Positions 24,887 through 38,650 of a stretch of 64,000 nt of DNA are shown here, piece after piece. Location: assembly GCA_964187785.1 (NCBI GenBank), contig OZ076409.1:22570001-22634000 (forward strand), given 5' to 3'. Numbering within the stretch: the stretch's first letter is position 1; the number at the start of each line of letters is the position of its first letter. A program made the translations under genes and the position numbers. The notes below the pieces were generated by a model, which saw nothing but the letters and a program-made list of their open reading frames with translations, ran no database searches and had not been told where the DNA came from. This stretch comes from Amphiscolops sp. MND2022 (taxonomy: Eukaryota).

Positions 24887-27800
24887 CCTAGGCACTAGTT
24901 TTTGATCCCAAGTGGTCTCCAAGGGGGACCTTTTCTATCGTCTAAGGAGGCTTCCCTAGTAAGAGCCCCGAGGCGACGTGCCGTCACTCTCAAAGTCCGG
25001 ACACGCCCCAAAAGCCTGTAAAAACGAATCCTAGGTTCCTAACATACATTCCTGCCACCTCCTACTTACTTCCGAGGTCCAAAAATGTGTCTAACTGAAA
25101 TACATTTTGTTTGGGGAATAAGTTCTAAAATACAGATCTAGTAGATCAAACATCATCCAAATATTCCGTAAACGGTAATTAAGCACGGGGATAAGCCCCA
25201 ATAACATTACAGTTCAGGGTTGATTGTCAGTTTGGCCTCTGGCATCATTCCTCATCTTTGGGGCACAATGGTCTCATTTGGCACTTTTCTGCCGAAACCC
25301 TGTCTTTTTGCTGTCAGCTGGCACAAATCCTGACTCTCTCGCCTTCTGGGTGATGACATCTCTGACATTCACGTTCCTGGGTGGGGGTGGGGTCTTATGG
25401 GTGTTGTTTTGCCTTTGTTTTGCTTCCTCTACGGTTTTCCTACCTGCCGGGTCGGCCATCTTGAATGTGCTTGTTGGATACCGCACCTTTCGAATTTTTG
25501 ATCGAAATTTTCAAGAACTTCTGCAACGTCCCTTGCCTGACGTTACCTCCTCCCCGGGCCGTAGTTTGTCGTTCTCGAAAAACGAGAGAGGACGTTCACA
25601 TCTTGGTTGCCATTATCCAGTGATCCAGTTATACTGTTGCAACATGGTACGTCAGGAATCTAAAAAGAAGTCGTTGCCCAAAAACATGTTACTGCCCAAA
25701 AACATGAGTTTTTGCCAGCCTAGCAGGGTTCCTTGGATCCCACACCCACAGAGTCCTAGCACTGGAATACTATTAGCACCTTTAGACACTTCGCATTGTA
25801 TTCAAAACGTTTTCAAACTTTTAATTTCGCACTAAAATTATTAGCACTTTGTGTTACCGAATCTGTATAACTATAAAAAGCACTCATCAGAACAGATTTG
25901 GCATTGGCCGGGGGCCCACTTGATAAGTTTGGTTCTACAAAATGCACGATAGCACATAAGAATCGAAAAACAAAAGTAACAGCTGTGGTCTTGCAAAAGG
26001 GTCGTAGTTCATGGCCAACAGAAACTGCACAATAAATAGCACCAATGAGGAAACAGAGCTCAAAAATTCAAAAAAATCATCAAAAGTGAGGATCCAATCA
26101 GTCTATTTTGCTACCAGTGACGCTCTAATAAAGGTATCCTCTAGTTGGTACAAGCACTAATGTTTATGCAAGAGATGGAAATAAATTGCTTCTCAAGGGG
26201 ATGACAATGTCAATAGCGATGATACAGAAGATCCAATAAAAGTCAAAAAAAGCAAAAATCAGGCATTATAGATCGTGAAAACAGTCTTTGGCATTAAAAA
26301 CAAGTTCCAAAGCAATCATTCGAAATCTAAAAGCACGGCCGCTGGCCAAGCAGTTCTCAGAGCTTCGAAGCTCTGGGTGTTTCATCATGCTTGGTGTTGA
26401 TTTCTCTCGGGAGAGCACGGGTACTCCCCGAGCCAATCTCTTGTCCGGTGTTTTCACATCGACATGGTTCATTCAACTGTGGTACCGAGACTCGAGGTAC
26501 CTTTCACGCTTGAATCGAGCAACGAACATTGATTTTTTGAGAAGGCTGCTTGGCTACAGATGTTAGGTTGTCTGAAATGTCCGTTTGTCACTCATGCTGC
26601 CTTGTCTCTGGAGAGCACAAGTAAGGACGTAAAAGTAATCAGGGACTGAGAATAGGCCTTGGGGTTGAGTAGGAGGAAGGACACTGAGTTTAAAGTGCTT
26701 TCTTGCCTTACGATCGTAATTCGATCAGAGAAAGCGTTCTTTTTCAACTATGGTAGTCACTACTGCACTTGTTGTTCTGTTTTGAGACGCACTGCGTTCA
26801 AAGTCTGAACCTCTAAAAGTGCCTATAAACGAGATCCAGCACCCACAGGGTACACAGGGCACCGCGAATGTTCACAACGAATAATTTGCACTTAGGTGAC
26901 TTTGATAGCAGTCAGGAGGCGAATTTCAATTTTTGGTTTTTCACCTCTATGTCTCGTAGACCGTTTTCTCTGAGACCCGAGATCTTAGGGTCGGTTAAGC
27001 ACTAATCAAAACAATTCAGCAGGACGTGCTATGTGTGCCTAGTATGCTAGTGAGGTCGTTTGGGCCCTCACTGACACGTACACTGACAAAAAGTGTCCGA
27101 TTTGTCTCACAAAATTGCAAAATCAATAAATTTTTCGTCAACAGGCACCTCCGGGGAAGGTGAAATCAGTTCTAGCGCTGCTAGCAACCTGAAACTTTCA
27201 CAGCGTTTACTACACTAGCTGAATCGTGGGGAATTAACCTCCGATTTTGCCAAAATAGACCCTGTAAGTGTTACGGGCACTTAACAATGTTCACTGAAAA
27301 ATCGACTATGTCGTGAAATTCACAAAAGTTGGCACAAACTCGCTTTCTAGGCGTCCTAGCTAAGTCAAAAATTGTATGCGGTTGTAAATTGTGCCCACAT
27401 AACAGAAAATAACGGCGTTGTGTCTGAATGAATATCTGACGATCCGAAGTGACAAAATTATATGTACCTGAGGGACCACTTTTTAGGGTCAAAGTTTACA
27501 AAAATGGCAATTTCTCGGCTTTGGCTAGCCACTAGATGCTCAAATTGCACAAATCGTCGTGATTTGGTACCACAAGCTCGAAAATACGCGAAAAAGGTGC
27601 TGCGATACTTTGGGGATATCACACTGGGCTCAACTAAAATTCCGCTTTTTTGGCAATTTTGTGCACTTTTTGAGCAAAACTGCGACTAAGATTTTTCTAA
27701 GAGTATTGACAGTAGCTCCATCAAAATCACGCTACTAGCATAACTTTTTGCGCTCTACACGATAGTGCAATCCGTTTTTGGCTTTTCTTCCTAGGAGAGA

Positions 27801-29464
27801 TTTCGACTTGTCAAAAATACGTGATTGCCGAATTCCCAAAATGTCGCAAAAATAGCACGTTTTTGGCTATTTCTCAGCAACCACTGGTAGAAATCACTCG
27901 CAGTTTTCTGTGCTAGCAACGTTATACTCTATATTATTAGAAAATAGGCAAGCGAAACCTAGTCGGTCCCACCTTTTACACTCTGGGAACAATGTGAAAA
28001 ATACGTATTTTCCCTAGGAACTTTTTATTTCTCGGTTCCCAGATGTTCGGGATAGTTCTAAACGTAATCAAAAAAGGTGTAATAAATCCCAGGGGACTGG
28101 GTTTCTTTCAATTATTAGTTTTGATGTTATAAATCTCAGGTCTATGGGGTTCTCTACTCAGGTCTGTGTATATCAAAGAAAATCAAGGGTTAAGTTTCAA
28201 TTTTTATTGAAGGATGCTAAAAATTGTCTTGGCAGTAGTGTTTCATACTACCAGGCTCACGAACAACGTTTTTGGGTTGATCTAAAAGCTTGGAAACAAA
28301 TCCCCAAGGCTTTGCCCTCACCAATTTTGGTATTTTAGGCCAAAATTGATGTTTTTTCAACAAAAGTCGCTAAATTTTTCAATGTTTCAACAAACTAGCC
28401 AAACAATTTTTTCTGTTCCCAATCTAACAGGTCTAATGAAACGTTTTTATTGTATTCACACTGGCCGTACCCTCTTCTAAAAAATTTTGGCTTTTGTAAC
28501 TAATGATGACCGATACTATTAGAAGGCGGCTATTGTATGTAACAATTAAAATTGGCAGGTAACTTATTCAATATCTCGTTGGAGGGCCTCAAAAAACCGC
28601 TTGACGATAACGTTTTTTAATATCTGGCTCGGGAAAACAGTTTTAGGTGGCTCGCAATGCTCTGAGAAAAACGAATAGTGCTTCGCCCTCACCAAATTTC
28701 GTCTCAAAGTCCAAATTTGACATTTTCAAATCGCTAGATTTTTAGGTCTTTTTGGCAATTTAGCCTGGCAAACTTTTCTGTTCCTGACCTTTTAGGTCTG
28801 ATGGAACGTTTGTGTTGTATTCCCACCGGCCGTACCCTCTTCTGCAAAATTTTGGCTTTTGAGAGTAACCAAGTGGAAAATCGAGCTATATCAGGTGTTA
28901 TAGCTAGCTCGCTTTTTTTTCAAAAAACAATCGGAATACCCAGTGGGTTTTTTTCTCAGTTCTTACGCCTGGGAATAGGCTTTTAAAGCCACAAAAACAA
29001 AAAGGCAGATTGTAACCCAGCCGATTTGCTGCAATCAATTGGGTGAGGGAAGTAGTGTTGAACAGTTCGTCTCCACTTCGTCAGCGCTGATGGGGTAAGG
29101 ACTGTCACTGTGCTTGTTTCCCGTCCCAATGCATTGCAATTAGACTGAAGTAGAGCTACAAAACCCTTTAAAACAAAATCCGGTTAAGCTGGATGGTTAA
29201 TCTCGGTAAGCAGAAACGGCGTCAAAACGGTACTTTGCCGAAAATCAGTTATTTCTCATTCCAGACCTCGGAGACATGCAGGAAACGCAGGAATTCAGCT
29301 AGTAGAAAACCTACAAGGCTTGACTAAGGCAATAAAAATAATTTAGGACTCTCCAAAAGGTTTTCCTAGATCCGGACCCTCTGGGGCCGGAAAGCAGAAG
29401 TTTCTCCTACTTGTACGCAAAGTGAAAATTATCCCTCTGTGGTCGTCATAAAAACTATTCCAGA

Positions 29465-30059
29465 TGTAACGACCGGCTAGCGACGCACATCTAGGAAATG
29501 GGACAAGGCCTAGGGTGCTTAAACAGGAGACCGTTGTCTTACTTTATCCCTAGGCACTAGTTTTTGATCCCAAAATGGTCTCCAAGGGGGACGTTTCTAC
29601 CGTCTAAGGAGGCTTCTCTAGTTAGAGCTCCGAGGCGACGTCCGGACACGCCCACAAGCCTGTAGAAACGAAACCTAGGTTCCTAACATACATTCCTGCC
29701 ACCTCCTACATACTTCCGAGGTCCAAAAGTGTGTCTAACTGAAATACATTATATTTGGGGAATAAGTTCTAAAATACAGATCTAGTAGATCAAACATCAT
29801 CCAAATAACCCTGTCTTTTTGGTGTCAGCTGGCACAATTCCTGATTCTTTCGCCTTCTCGGGTGATGACATCTCTGACATTCACGTTCCCGGGTGGGGGT
29901 GGGGTCTTCTAGGTGTTTTTTTGCCGTTATTTTGCTTCCTCTACGGTTTTCGTATCTGCCGGGTTGGCCATCTTGAATGTGCTTGCTTGATACCGCACAT
30001 TTCGAATTTTTGATCGAAATTTTCAAGAACTTCTGCAACGTCCCTTGCCTGACGTTACA
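29465..30059 (-). repeat. 5' LTR of element C (595 bp)
   Basis: TGTAAC...GTTACA; lacks ~135 bp that are present in the other copy (~25163-25296). Confidence 0.85.
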
Positions 30060-32234
30060 GGAGCAATTAATCTAATACTTTTTTCCTGAACCAAAAAACG
30101 ACACTATTTCAAGCCAAAAACAATTTAAACATTATTTTATCCAAATTGCATGAAAGCTTATCACCAAAAAATGTAACTTCCGCCAAAAGTCGCACAAAAA
30201 GTCGTTCAAGATGTCTAAAACGCACGAGACAAGATGGTCGACCTGGCAGGTCCCTGAAATCAAAGAGAAAGAAAAAAGATGAGAAACATCCCCCCCCCGA
30301 ACTCCTAAAGAAGAGCCGAAAAAGCATAGAAACACGGAAAATGACGTTGTCAACCCATGACAAGCCACGAAGTTGTGCTTTCCCGTTAGGAAAACCCCTT
30401 TTTCGACAAGAATCAGAAGAATGCCAAAAACGAATCACTGTGCCCTGAAGATGAGAAGCAATGCCAGATTTATGGAACTGACGGAATTCAGAATGTGACG
30501 TTACTGGAGCTTGCCATTGTGTTATAATTGCTATTTCCAGGTATTTTGATGATGTTTGACCTGCTTGGTCCTTACTTCAGTCGTTATTCCCCAAACATAA
30601 TGTATTTTGGCTAAACCCTGTTTTTGCACCTCGGAGGTATGTAGGAAGTAACAAGAAGCCTAGTAAATATTATTACAGGCTTGTGGGACGCGTCCGGACT
30701 TTGTGTGTGCCGGCACGTCGCCACGGAGTTCTCATTTGAGGAGTCTCCTGAGACGTACAAAAAGTCCCCTAGCAGATTATAAGGGACAAAAAGCAAGTGT
30801 TTAGGATACCTGTAAGACTATGGTCTCCTGTCTAGGAACCCTAAGCACTGTCCCAGCTCTAGAATGTAGCTGCTAGCGCTTGCCGTTACAAAAGTTATCA
30901 CCAAAGTTGAAGTCGAACAAATGGAAAGTATCGTATTCTGAGTTCACAGTCTGCTAGTTTATACAAACAAACGAGGCAAAAACAAAAGACACAAACTCTT
31001 TTTGAACGACTTAACAACAAGGATTGTCAGGACTAACTCAATTTGAGTCGGCGCTTTGTGAAATGAAATGCGACTATTATATAGTGACTCATTTTTGCTA
31101 TCCACACTAACTAACCAAAATGTTTTCACAAAGTTCTACTAAGTTCGATGGTGTAAAATTGAACCATTTGGCCTACAGAACTGAACCAAAACTTCGAGAT
31201 TGTTCTTTTTTGCTTTTTCCTAGCCGAGCTGGTTTCTTGCTAGTTGGTTTCCTGCGTTTCCTGCATATTTCCGAGGTTTGGAACAAGAAATAGACAGTTA
31301 AATACAGAGTACCCCTCTTATCCTTTTCTTAAATGTTAAAATAGGTATTCCGGCGTATCCGGAATTAGTTTTATAAGGTTCTGAAGCTCCACTTGCTGGG
31401 CAAGTAACGAAACTGGGAGGACGCGGAGTGAAGGTCCCCATTAGCTGCAACGAAGAGGTGACGTCGTTCGCGGCTCTACCTCACTGCACACATTGATTCC
31501 CGCACCCACGGAAGCTGCTAGGTTACTTCGTTAGTTTTGCTTTTCGTGGCGCAAAAGGCATATTCCCAGGCCTATCCTCGCCCATACTAACTGAGGAAAA
31601 TACCCTTTATTTTCGATCGATTTGTGAGAAAAAAAACAGCGTGATCGAGACGCTACTAGCTCGAATTTTAGTTCTGTTACTTTTGAAATCTAAAATTTCT
31701 CAAAAAAGGTACGGCCAGTGGGAATACTAAAACAACGTTCCATCAGACCTATTAGGTCAGGAAGACAAAAATTCTCTTGGCTAAACTGTGCCACCATAAA
31801 AAAAATTCAGCGATTTTTGTTGTAAAAACACTGAATTTGGCCTTTGAGACCAATTTTGGTGATGTCGAAGCACTGGAGATTTCCTTCAGAGCTCTTTGAG
31901 TAGCCCAAAAACCTTTTTCCAAGCTTGGTAGTACAAAACATTACTGCCAAAACGTTTTCTGGTTTTCCTCAAAATAAATTGAAACTCTATCAGTTCTTTT
32001 CTTTTGATTTACATCGACTTGAGTAGAGGACGCCATAGACCTGAAAGATATAACATCAAAAATATAACTTGAATCGGTGGCAGTCCCCTAAATAAAATTG
32101 TAACGCTTTCTTACGCCACTGTTAAAACAAACCAAAAAAGTTGAGAACGAAGAAACAAAAATTTCTGAGTGAAAAATCGTGACATCAGTGTTGTTCCGGA
32201 AGTGTAAAAGGGGTCTGATGTGATCACAAGAGAT

Positions 32235-34145
32235 ATGGACGAGATGCGCAATGGTTTCATAGAAATACAAGAAAGTTGCAGGAGCCAAGGAAGATTGGAA
32301 GCGTCGATTGCCTGAATCAAAGATCTGATTAGACAACGCGAGAATTCAGCCAATACGCGTATGTCTGGAATTTCAGCCATTATGAAGGAGAGGAATCGTG
32401 AAGCCGACGCGCGCCTAAATCTCATGTCCGAACTCATACAACGTCGGGATTCTGACGCCAACAACTGCATGGTGGAGTTGATGACTACCATGCAGGATCT
32501 AACCCTAGGGGTAAGAGCAGCAGTGTCTCAAACAGCTGCAGCGCAAACCCGTCTTTCACCAATGCCGGTGGCACGGAATTTGGCGAACATACCCTCCACC
32601 AGCCCAGTGCCTCCCCCAATACAAACCACGTACAGGAAAGTAGCTCAGCCCAGTGAAGAGCAGGTCAAGCAACCCAAACTGACACCGCCCGCCACTTACA
32701 GAAAAGAACCTACCAAGGCGAACAAGATGGCAAGCAATAGTAACGCATGCCGAGTCACGCGAACTGACCCAATGACAGAAATCTCATCCGTTGACCCATT
32801 TGCCCGCGGTGCATCCACAACCGGAGACTACTACTCAGCGGCGAGCGGTCTGCTCACTCAAAAATCAGACTATCACACAGCCTTGTTAGAGGCAAGCACC
32901 AACCCACCAATGTTGTCATTCAGGGAGAAACTTCTGTGACCAGTGGCTTCCAGTACAAATTTAGTGCGAGTCAAAGCGGTACAGAAGTTGGAGTAAAAAC
33001 CAAAGACGAGATTCCGAGCACACATATAACTACACAATGACAAGCACTAGCAAAAGAAATATCGACGGCCATGTCCAAAGGTTTTTAACCGCTGCTAGCG
33101 GCCAAGAAGACAAAGAATGAGCCGACCAAAGACCGAGGCTCGAGAGGTGGAAATGCAGATGGATGAATAATGCTCCTGAAGCGCCACATCGAGAATACGC
33201 ATACGAAAGCAACACCCCTGGAAAAAGCTTGGACAATCATCGAGTTCCTAGAAAATGAGGCGCGCGTTTATATCACTAACAAGTCGGAAGCCAAAAGGAA
33301 CACCGACGAGAAGGTGTTCGCGCTTCTAGCGCACCGATTCGGAACGGGATCTACCAAAATTTTTGTACAACATTATTTTCGCACACGTAACGAGAATATT
33401 GAAGAAGACTATATGCAATATCTCGATGCCCTTGAGCGCTTGCGTAGTCAGGGATTCCCTAATAAGGAAGTGACAGTACGTCGTTCCGAGATAATGCAAA
33501 AGTTCATCGAGGGCGTAAGGAACTTCGAGCTGAAACGGAATCTCGCTTTATTGTATGCGCAGGAGCAGTACGTAGAAGCACCACCGACTGCGAAAGCCCT
33601 GCAGTTCACCGTTCAACAGTATTTGCGCATGCGCGGCGCGACACGATCGGAAAACTAACCCGCGCAGCCGCAACAACAACTGCATCCTCAGCTTCCCAAT
33701 CAACAATTTAGCACCTACCACGCCCCCACAAGCACTTAGAGTCTAGCAGCTTCAGCAACCGGTGCCCTAGTGACCGCTGCAACCATGCATGCGTTTCAAC
33801 TGTGGTGAAACGTCACATTTTGTAATAGATTGTCCTGTGAAGGACAGAGCGCGCAAACCGATACAGCAACAAGTTAACTCATGCCACACCAACCCAGCCG
33901 GGGATTCAAGTTGTCCATCGAATTCGTACTGAATGAACCAGGAATTGTTTCCCGCGATGTTGCCAATGCAAGGAACGGTAGCCTTCTGCATTAACTGTGG
34001 GCGGACGGGACACTCAGCATCAGAGTGTATGACGCCTGAAACAACTAGGCAAGAAGAGCAAGGGAGTCCGACGTGGTACGCCACCTTTAACACGCGCGCG
34101 GAAAACATGGACACCAATGAACAAACTCGGGTAGTCTCCCCGTGA
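32235..34145 (+). pseudogene. gag: gag of element D
   Basis: Capsid-like fragment 33170-33658; knuckles CFNCGETSHFVIDC (~33787) and CINCGRTGHSASEC. Confidence 0.8.
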
Positions 34146-37100
34146 CGGAAGCTGGAGGACCCTCAAGATCAGTTGTAGTCACCTACGGTGAAAAGCAAGT
34201 TCTAACAATGCTAGAAGCTATTGCACAGGACTGCTTGGATACCATAGTTTCCATTCCTTGGCTGCTCTCGGTCGAACAACAAAAGCCCGACTATGGCCTT
34301 GGCACAACTAAAAGATGAGTAATGCAGAAACACACGATACAAGGTTGCGTCCAGCCCCCTCCACCCATTTTTCGTGAGGGAGGACGAGACAAAACTACCA
34401 CCAGTTCGAAAGGTTAAAACCATCGCACCAGTCTCAGTAGCCATTGATGTCGACGGTGTCGATTTGAAATTCGACGCAATAGTGGTCCTGGAAGAACACT
34501 TACCACAACGATTATACTTAGGCCGACAACAGCTGAAGTGCTATAATATCGGCGTACAAGACGTAACTGAGGACGCTCGCATCGTTGAGAGGGCATCGTT
34601 GGTAGTTGCCTTCGGCATCCCCCTTAAGCAACCAGTTCCTCATTTCGGGATGCTCCAAACTGGCTCCGGTGTGTCCCTCATATCGCTGAGCGCTTTTCAG
34701 AAGATAGCCAACCCTCACGCGCTCAGTATTCAACCATTGGAAGGGCATCTCTACGCCACCAACGGGAAAAGTATTAACCCCATTGGTATCGCCGAAGACG
34801 ATAGCTTGCTGCTTGGAAGGTGTACGCTAAAGACGAACTTTGTGGTACCAGCAGACCACACTGGTGCCGAGAATTTCCTCCACGAACGAAACTTTCTGAG
34901 CATGTACAATATGCTGGGAGACCTCACGACCATGAGACTAACCATTCGAGAACCCAGAGCGCCCGGACATTTCAAGGCTGTGCATGAGGTTAGTAACCCA
35001 TAGCCATCTTTTGTAGTTTTAATTGAGGAGGTAGTTCTAGGACTAATCAAAGATACTGTGGAACACCCCTTTGAACGAAAGCTAGTGCAGGCCCAAGTTG
35101 TTACTCAGGACAACAATGAATTCCTAATTCGAATTGTAATGGTCACCCCAATAGCACGCGCAGCGACATCCCATTTGTTTTGAAAGACACTTTGACGTCC
35201 GTGACGTAGGAAGGAATGCTGTTTCCGGCGGTACATAACAAAATCGCCCAAGGAGGCACCAACATCGAAGCTAAACTAGTTATCGGCAAAGCGGTGCTTT
35301 CCAAATTTTCGTAAGAACCTGTTGTAGTAAATACTGTCAAAGAGCCTCTTTGCTATCCGCTGAAGGTGTTAATCAAAATATAATAAAATCCGAAACTTGC
35401 TCTGAGTTCGGTTCTTCTGCCCCAATGTTCTTGTCAACTACTGAGGAATCAGTAGTAGGTTTGTCTGAAAGTGACAAGAGAGAACCGATCCAAATTGCTG
35501 AAAGCCATATCAGGTTCCAACATGTCTTCCGTCTTTTTTCCGGGGAGAAGAGCAGAGAGAGAAAGAAGAAAGTATCTTAAGCGAGTACATTGACCTTTTC
35601 TTGAGAAACAAAGCCCACCAAGGTCCTTGTAAGATAGCAAAACACCAAATTGAGTTTGAGCTAGAGGCTGTGCCTCATCGAGAAGGAGCCAGGCGCATGT
35701 CCCCGGACGAAGCCGCCAAAGCACACGAGGAAGTCCCAAATTTGCTTTCCCTGGGACTGATCAAACACTCCTACTCGCCATGGGCCAGCGGCATAGTCAT
35801 GGTGAAGAAGAAAACAGGCGAGCTTCGCTCCTGTTGTGTTTTTTGCTGCTAAACGATGTAACAGTGAAAGATGCATTTCCCCTCCCCAGAATTGATGAGA
35901 GCCTCTCTCGGATAGGGAACGCCAGATTTTTACCAGTATCGATTCGGCGTGGGCATTCTGGCAACTTCTACTCAAGGAGCCTGACAGAAGGAAAACAGCT
36001 TTTGCTTGCGAATTAGTCCTGTTTGAATGGCGGCGCAAGCCCTGTGCAATCCATCCGCTATCTTCTAGAGATCAATCACGAGAGCCTTGCAGAACATTCA
36101 GCAGCAACATGGAAACGTTGTGATGGCTTACATCGACGTCATTGCAACTGAAACCATAGAGTAAAGATAAAAGAAGTGTTTGAGCGCCTCCGAGGAACCA
36201 ATTTCACAATGCGAGCCAAGAAATGCGATTTCATGTGCACTGAAATCAAACATTTTGAAGGGGCAGTAATAAAAGAACTGAAGGTGTAAGCAAAATCCAG
36301 GACTGTATGCCACCCAAGAACAAAGAGGAGCTACAAAGCTTATTAGGATTTGACAACTACTAACGAGACTTTGTCCCTTTCCACGTTGCGAAGGTACAAC
36401 CTTTGCAGAAACTACTGAAAAAGAATCAGCACATTTATTGGAGCAAAGAGCACCAAGAAACAGTTGATTCAGTGAAACAAGCACTAGCAGACGCTACCGC
36501 TTTGGCAGCGCCAAACGAAGAGGAACAATTTGTATTAGAAATGAATGCCAGTGCAGTTGCGATAGCCGGAATCCTACATCAAGAACAAGAGCGCAATTGT
36601 AAGACCACCCTACGAACAATCGTTGTTGGCAGCAAATCACTGACACGCACGCAACTGAACTACGGAGCCCCGAAACTGCAAATGTACGATCTATTCTACT
36701 TCATCGAAAAATTTCATTCGTACTTTGCAGGTCGAGAATTCACACTGCCCGTGGACAACCAAGTTTTCTCGTGGCTGGAGATATTTTCAATGGATCAAGC
36801 CATGATTGGACGCTGGATTGCACATCTCAACCACTACCATTTCAAGAAGATTGACCGACCCCGTACGCAGCACAGGAATGCCGGTGGACTCAGCAAGAGG
36901 ACCAATGATTATGTGCCTCGAGAGAAAATTACTGAAAATTGTCGGAAGTGAGCAAAAAATTTAGATTCATGTCCCACAAAGACTACGAAGATCTTCCCAC
37001 AGTACCATTTTTTGATAAACACGGAGGGCTAATACCAGGCCATCCAGAGCTTCCAGCAGAAGCCCGCGCTCAAATCCCGGTACTGTACATACAAAAGAGA

Positions 37101-38650
37101 AAACGAATGAGTTGAAAAACTTTTGACTCTATTCCATGGTATCCTCAAGTACAATAAGAAACAACGCCAGCAACTTTCGAAGACGAAATGCCGAGCTGCA
37201 TGCTTTGTCTCACCGCCAAGGTGCCTCCGGCACGCATTGACACGGTTGAAGGCGACCTACATAACGGAGACTACCAACAACATGCCAAGGCTACGCCGCC
37301 GAGCTCCGATTGGTGGGGATAGAATTGCATGAACTCCAATCGGCACAGCGTGGCCTCAAAGACCTACGGCTGGCACAGAACCGACATGTCCCTCTCCTAA
37401 CGTTGAAGAAGTTAATGAAAAAAGAACCATTGGATGATGCAGTGTTTCCCGAAGATGTCCAAGCATTTGTCAAACGCTATGATCATCAAAAGAAGGACCT
37501 ACCATTCATGAACCCTGATGACATATTGTGCGTCTTCTACATTCCGCAACAACGTGCAATGCACATGCGACCGTGCATGATAGTCATGCTGCAGCTCTAC
37601 CAACACGAGATTCGGTACCGAGCACACGATGAGTTCGACCACTAAGGCATAGGCAAAGTCCTAGCGAGAATTCAAGTGAAACATACCTGGACGGGCATCA
37701 AGCATGACGTGGTGAACCACATCAAGCACTGCTTGACGTGTCAGAAACAACACATCACGCCGGAAACCCCTGTTATCTTTTGGTGAGCGTCAACAGTAGC
37801 AACTTCAACGACTTAGTTAAATTCGACTATTTGGAGCTGTGCAAGACTGAGTCAGGAAACACAGGACTGCTAGTCATGATATACCACTTCACGAAGTTCG
37901 CAGAAGCTGTCCCTTGTGCTCATGACAAGTACAAAGCCCAGACTACAGTCAAGATCATTCTGAACAAGTGGTTTGCCCGTCCGGGCACTCCCTCCTGCAA
38001 GGATGCAATCCGACAGGGCCTCCAATTTCACTGCACAAATGGCCCAAGAACTCACGAAGGCCTCACAAGTCACAGAAAAACCTTCCACCCCAGCACACTA
38101 ACGAAGTAATGGCCTGGTAGAAAGACTAAACAGGACACTCTCACGCTGCTCAAAGTATACACATACTGCAGGATGCAGGACTGGGATGAGTATATAAATG
38201 GAGTACTAGTAGCCCACAACTCCACACGACACGCGACTACTGGTTTTCGCCATACAAGCACCAGCATGGAGCCGCGAAAGCAATCCCGCTCTCCTTTATA
38301 TACCCTGACTTCGCAGCGCCAGGATTTGAGTCGAAGTAAGAGTTTGTAGAGCACTTGCTAGTCCGGCAACAAGAAATTCACGAGCTTGTTCGCCGAAACA
38401 CACATCAAGCTCAGACAAAAGCAAAAATTCGACAAACACATGAAAGCAAAGGCACACGCCATTGGCGATGCAGTTTGGGTCTTTTGCCACTTAATACCAA
38501 AAGGTGGCACACGCAAATGGATTCGCGCTTGACGCTGCCCACACAAATCACCGACGTGTTGCAAAATTGTACGTGTTGGACGCTGGTCAAAACGTTCATT
38601 TCGAGCGTCTGAAGAAGCATATCTCTGCATTATAGGACTGGACAGCACAT
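34146..38650 (+). pseudogene. pol: pol of element D (protease-like x2, RT, RNase H, integrase), with many lesions
   Basis: LQTGSGVSLIS, SPWASGIVMVKKK, DAFPLPRIDESL, YID, MNASAVAIAGIL, HRNAGGLS, HFTKFAEAVP. Confidence 0.88.

Larger units (their letters stand above)
9571..30059 (-). mobile_element. Element C: non-autonomous LTR element (LTRs 9571-9659 + 24892-25546 and 29465-30059; ~3.9-kb non-coding interior), interrupted by element A
   Basis: The sequence on either side of A joins into a copy of 29465-30059 (TGTAAC...GTTACA). A purine tract (minus strand GGGGAGGAG) abuts the left LTR at 25547-25555. No gag/pol inside; no clear TSD. Confidence 0.8.

Noticed and set aside
25224..25835. 203-aa ORF and other short ORFs in the C/D LTRs (29790-30448)
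   Set aside because: Frames are not conserved between LTR copies and no recognisable motifs are present.
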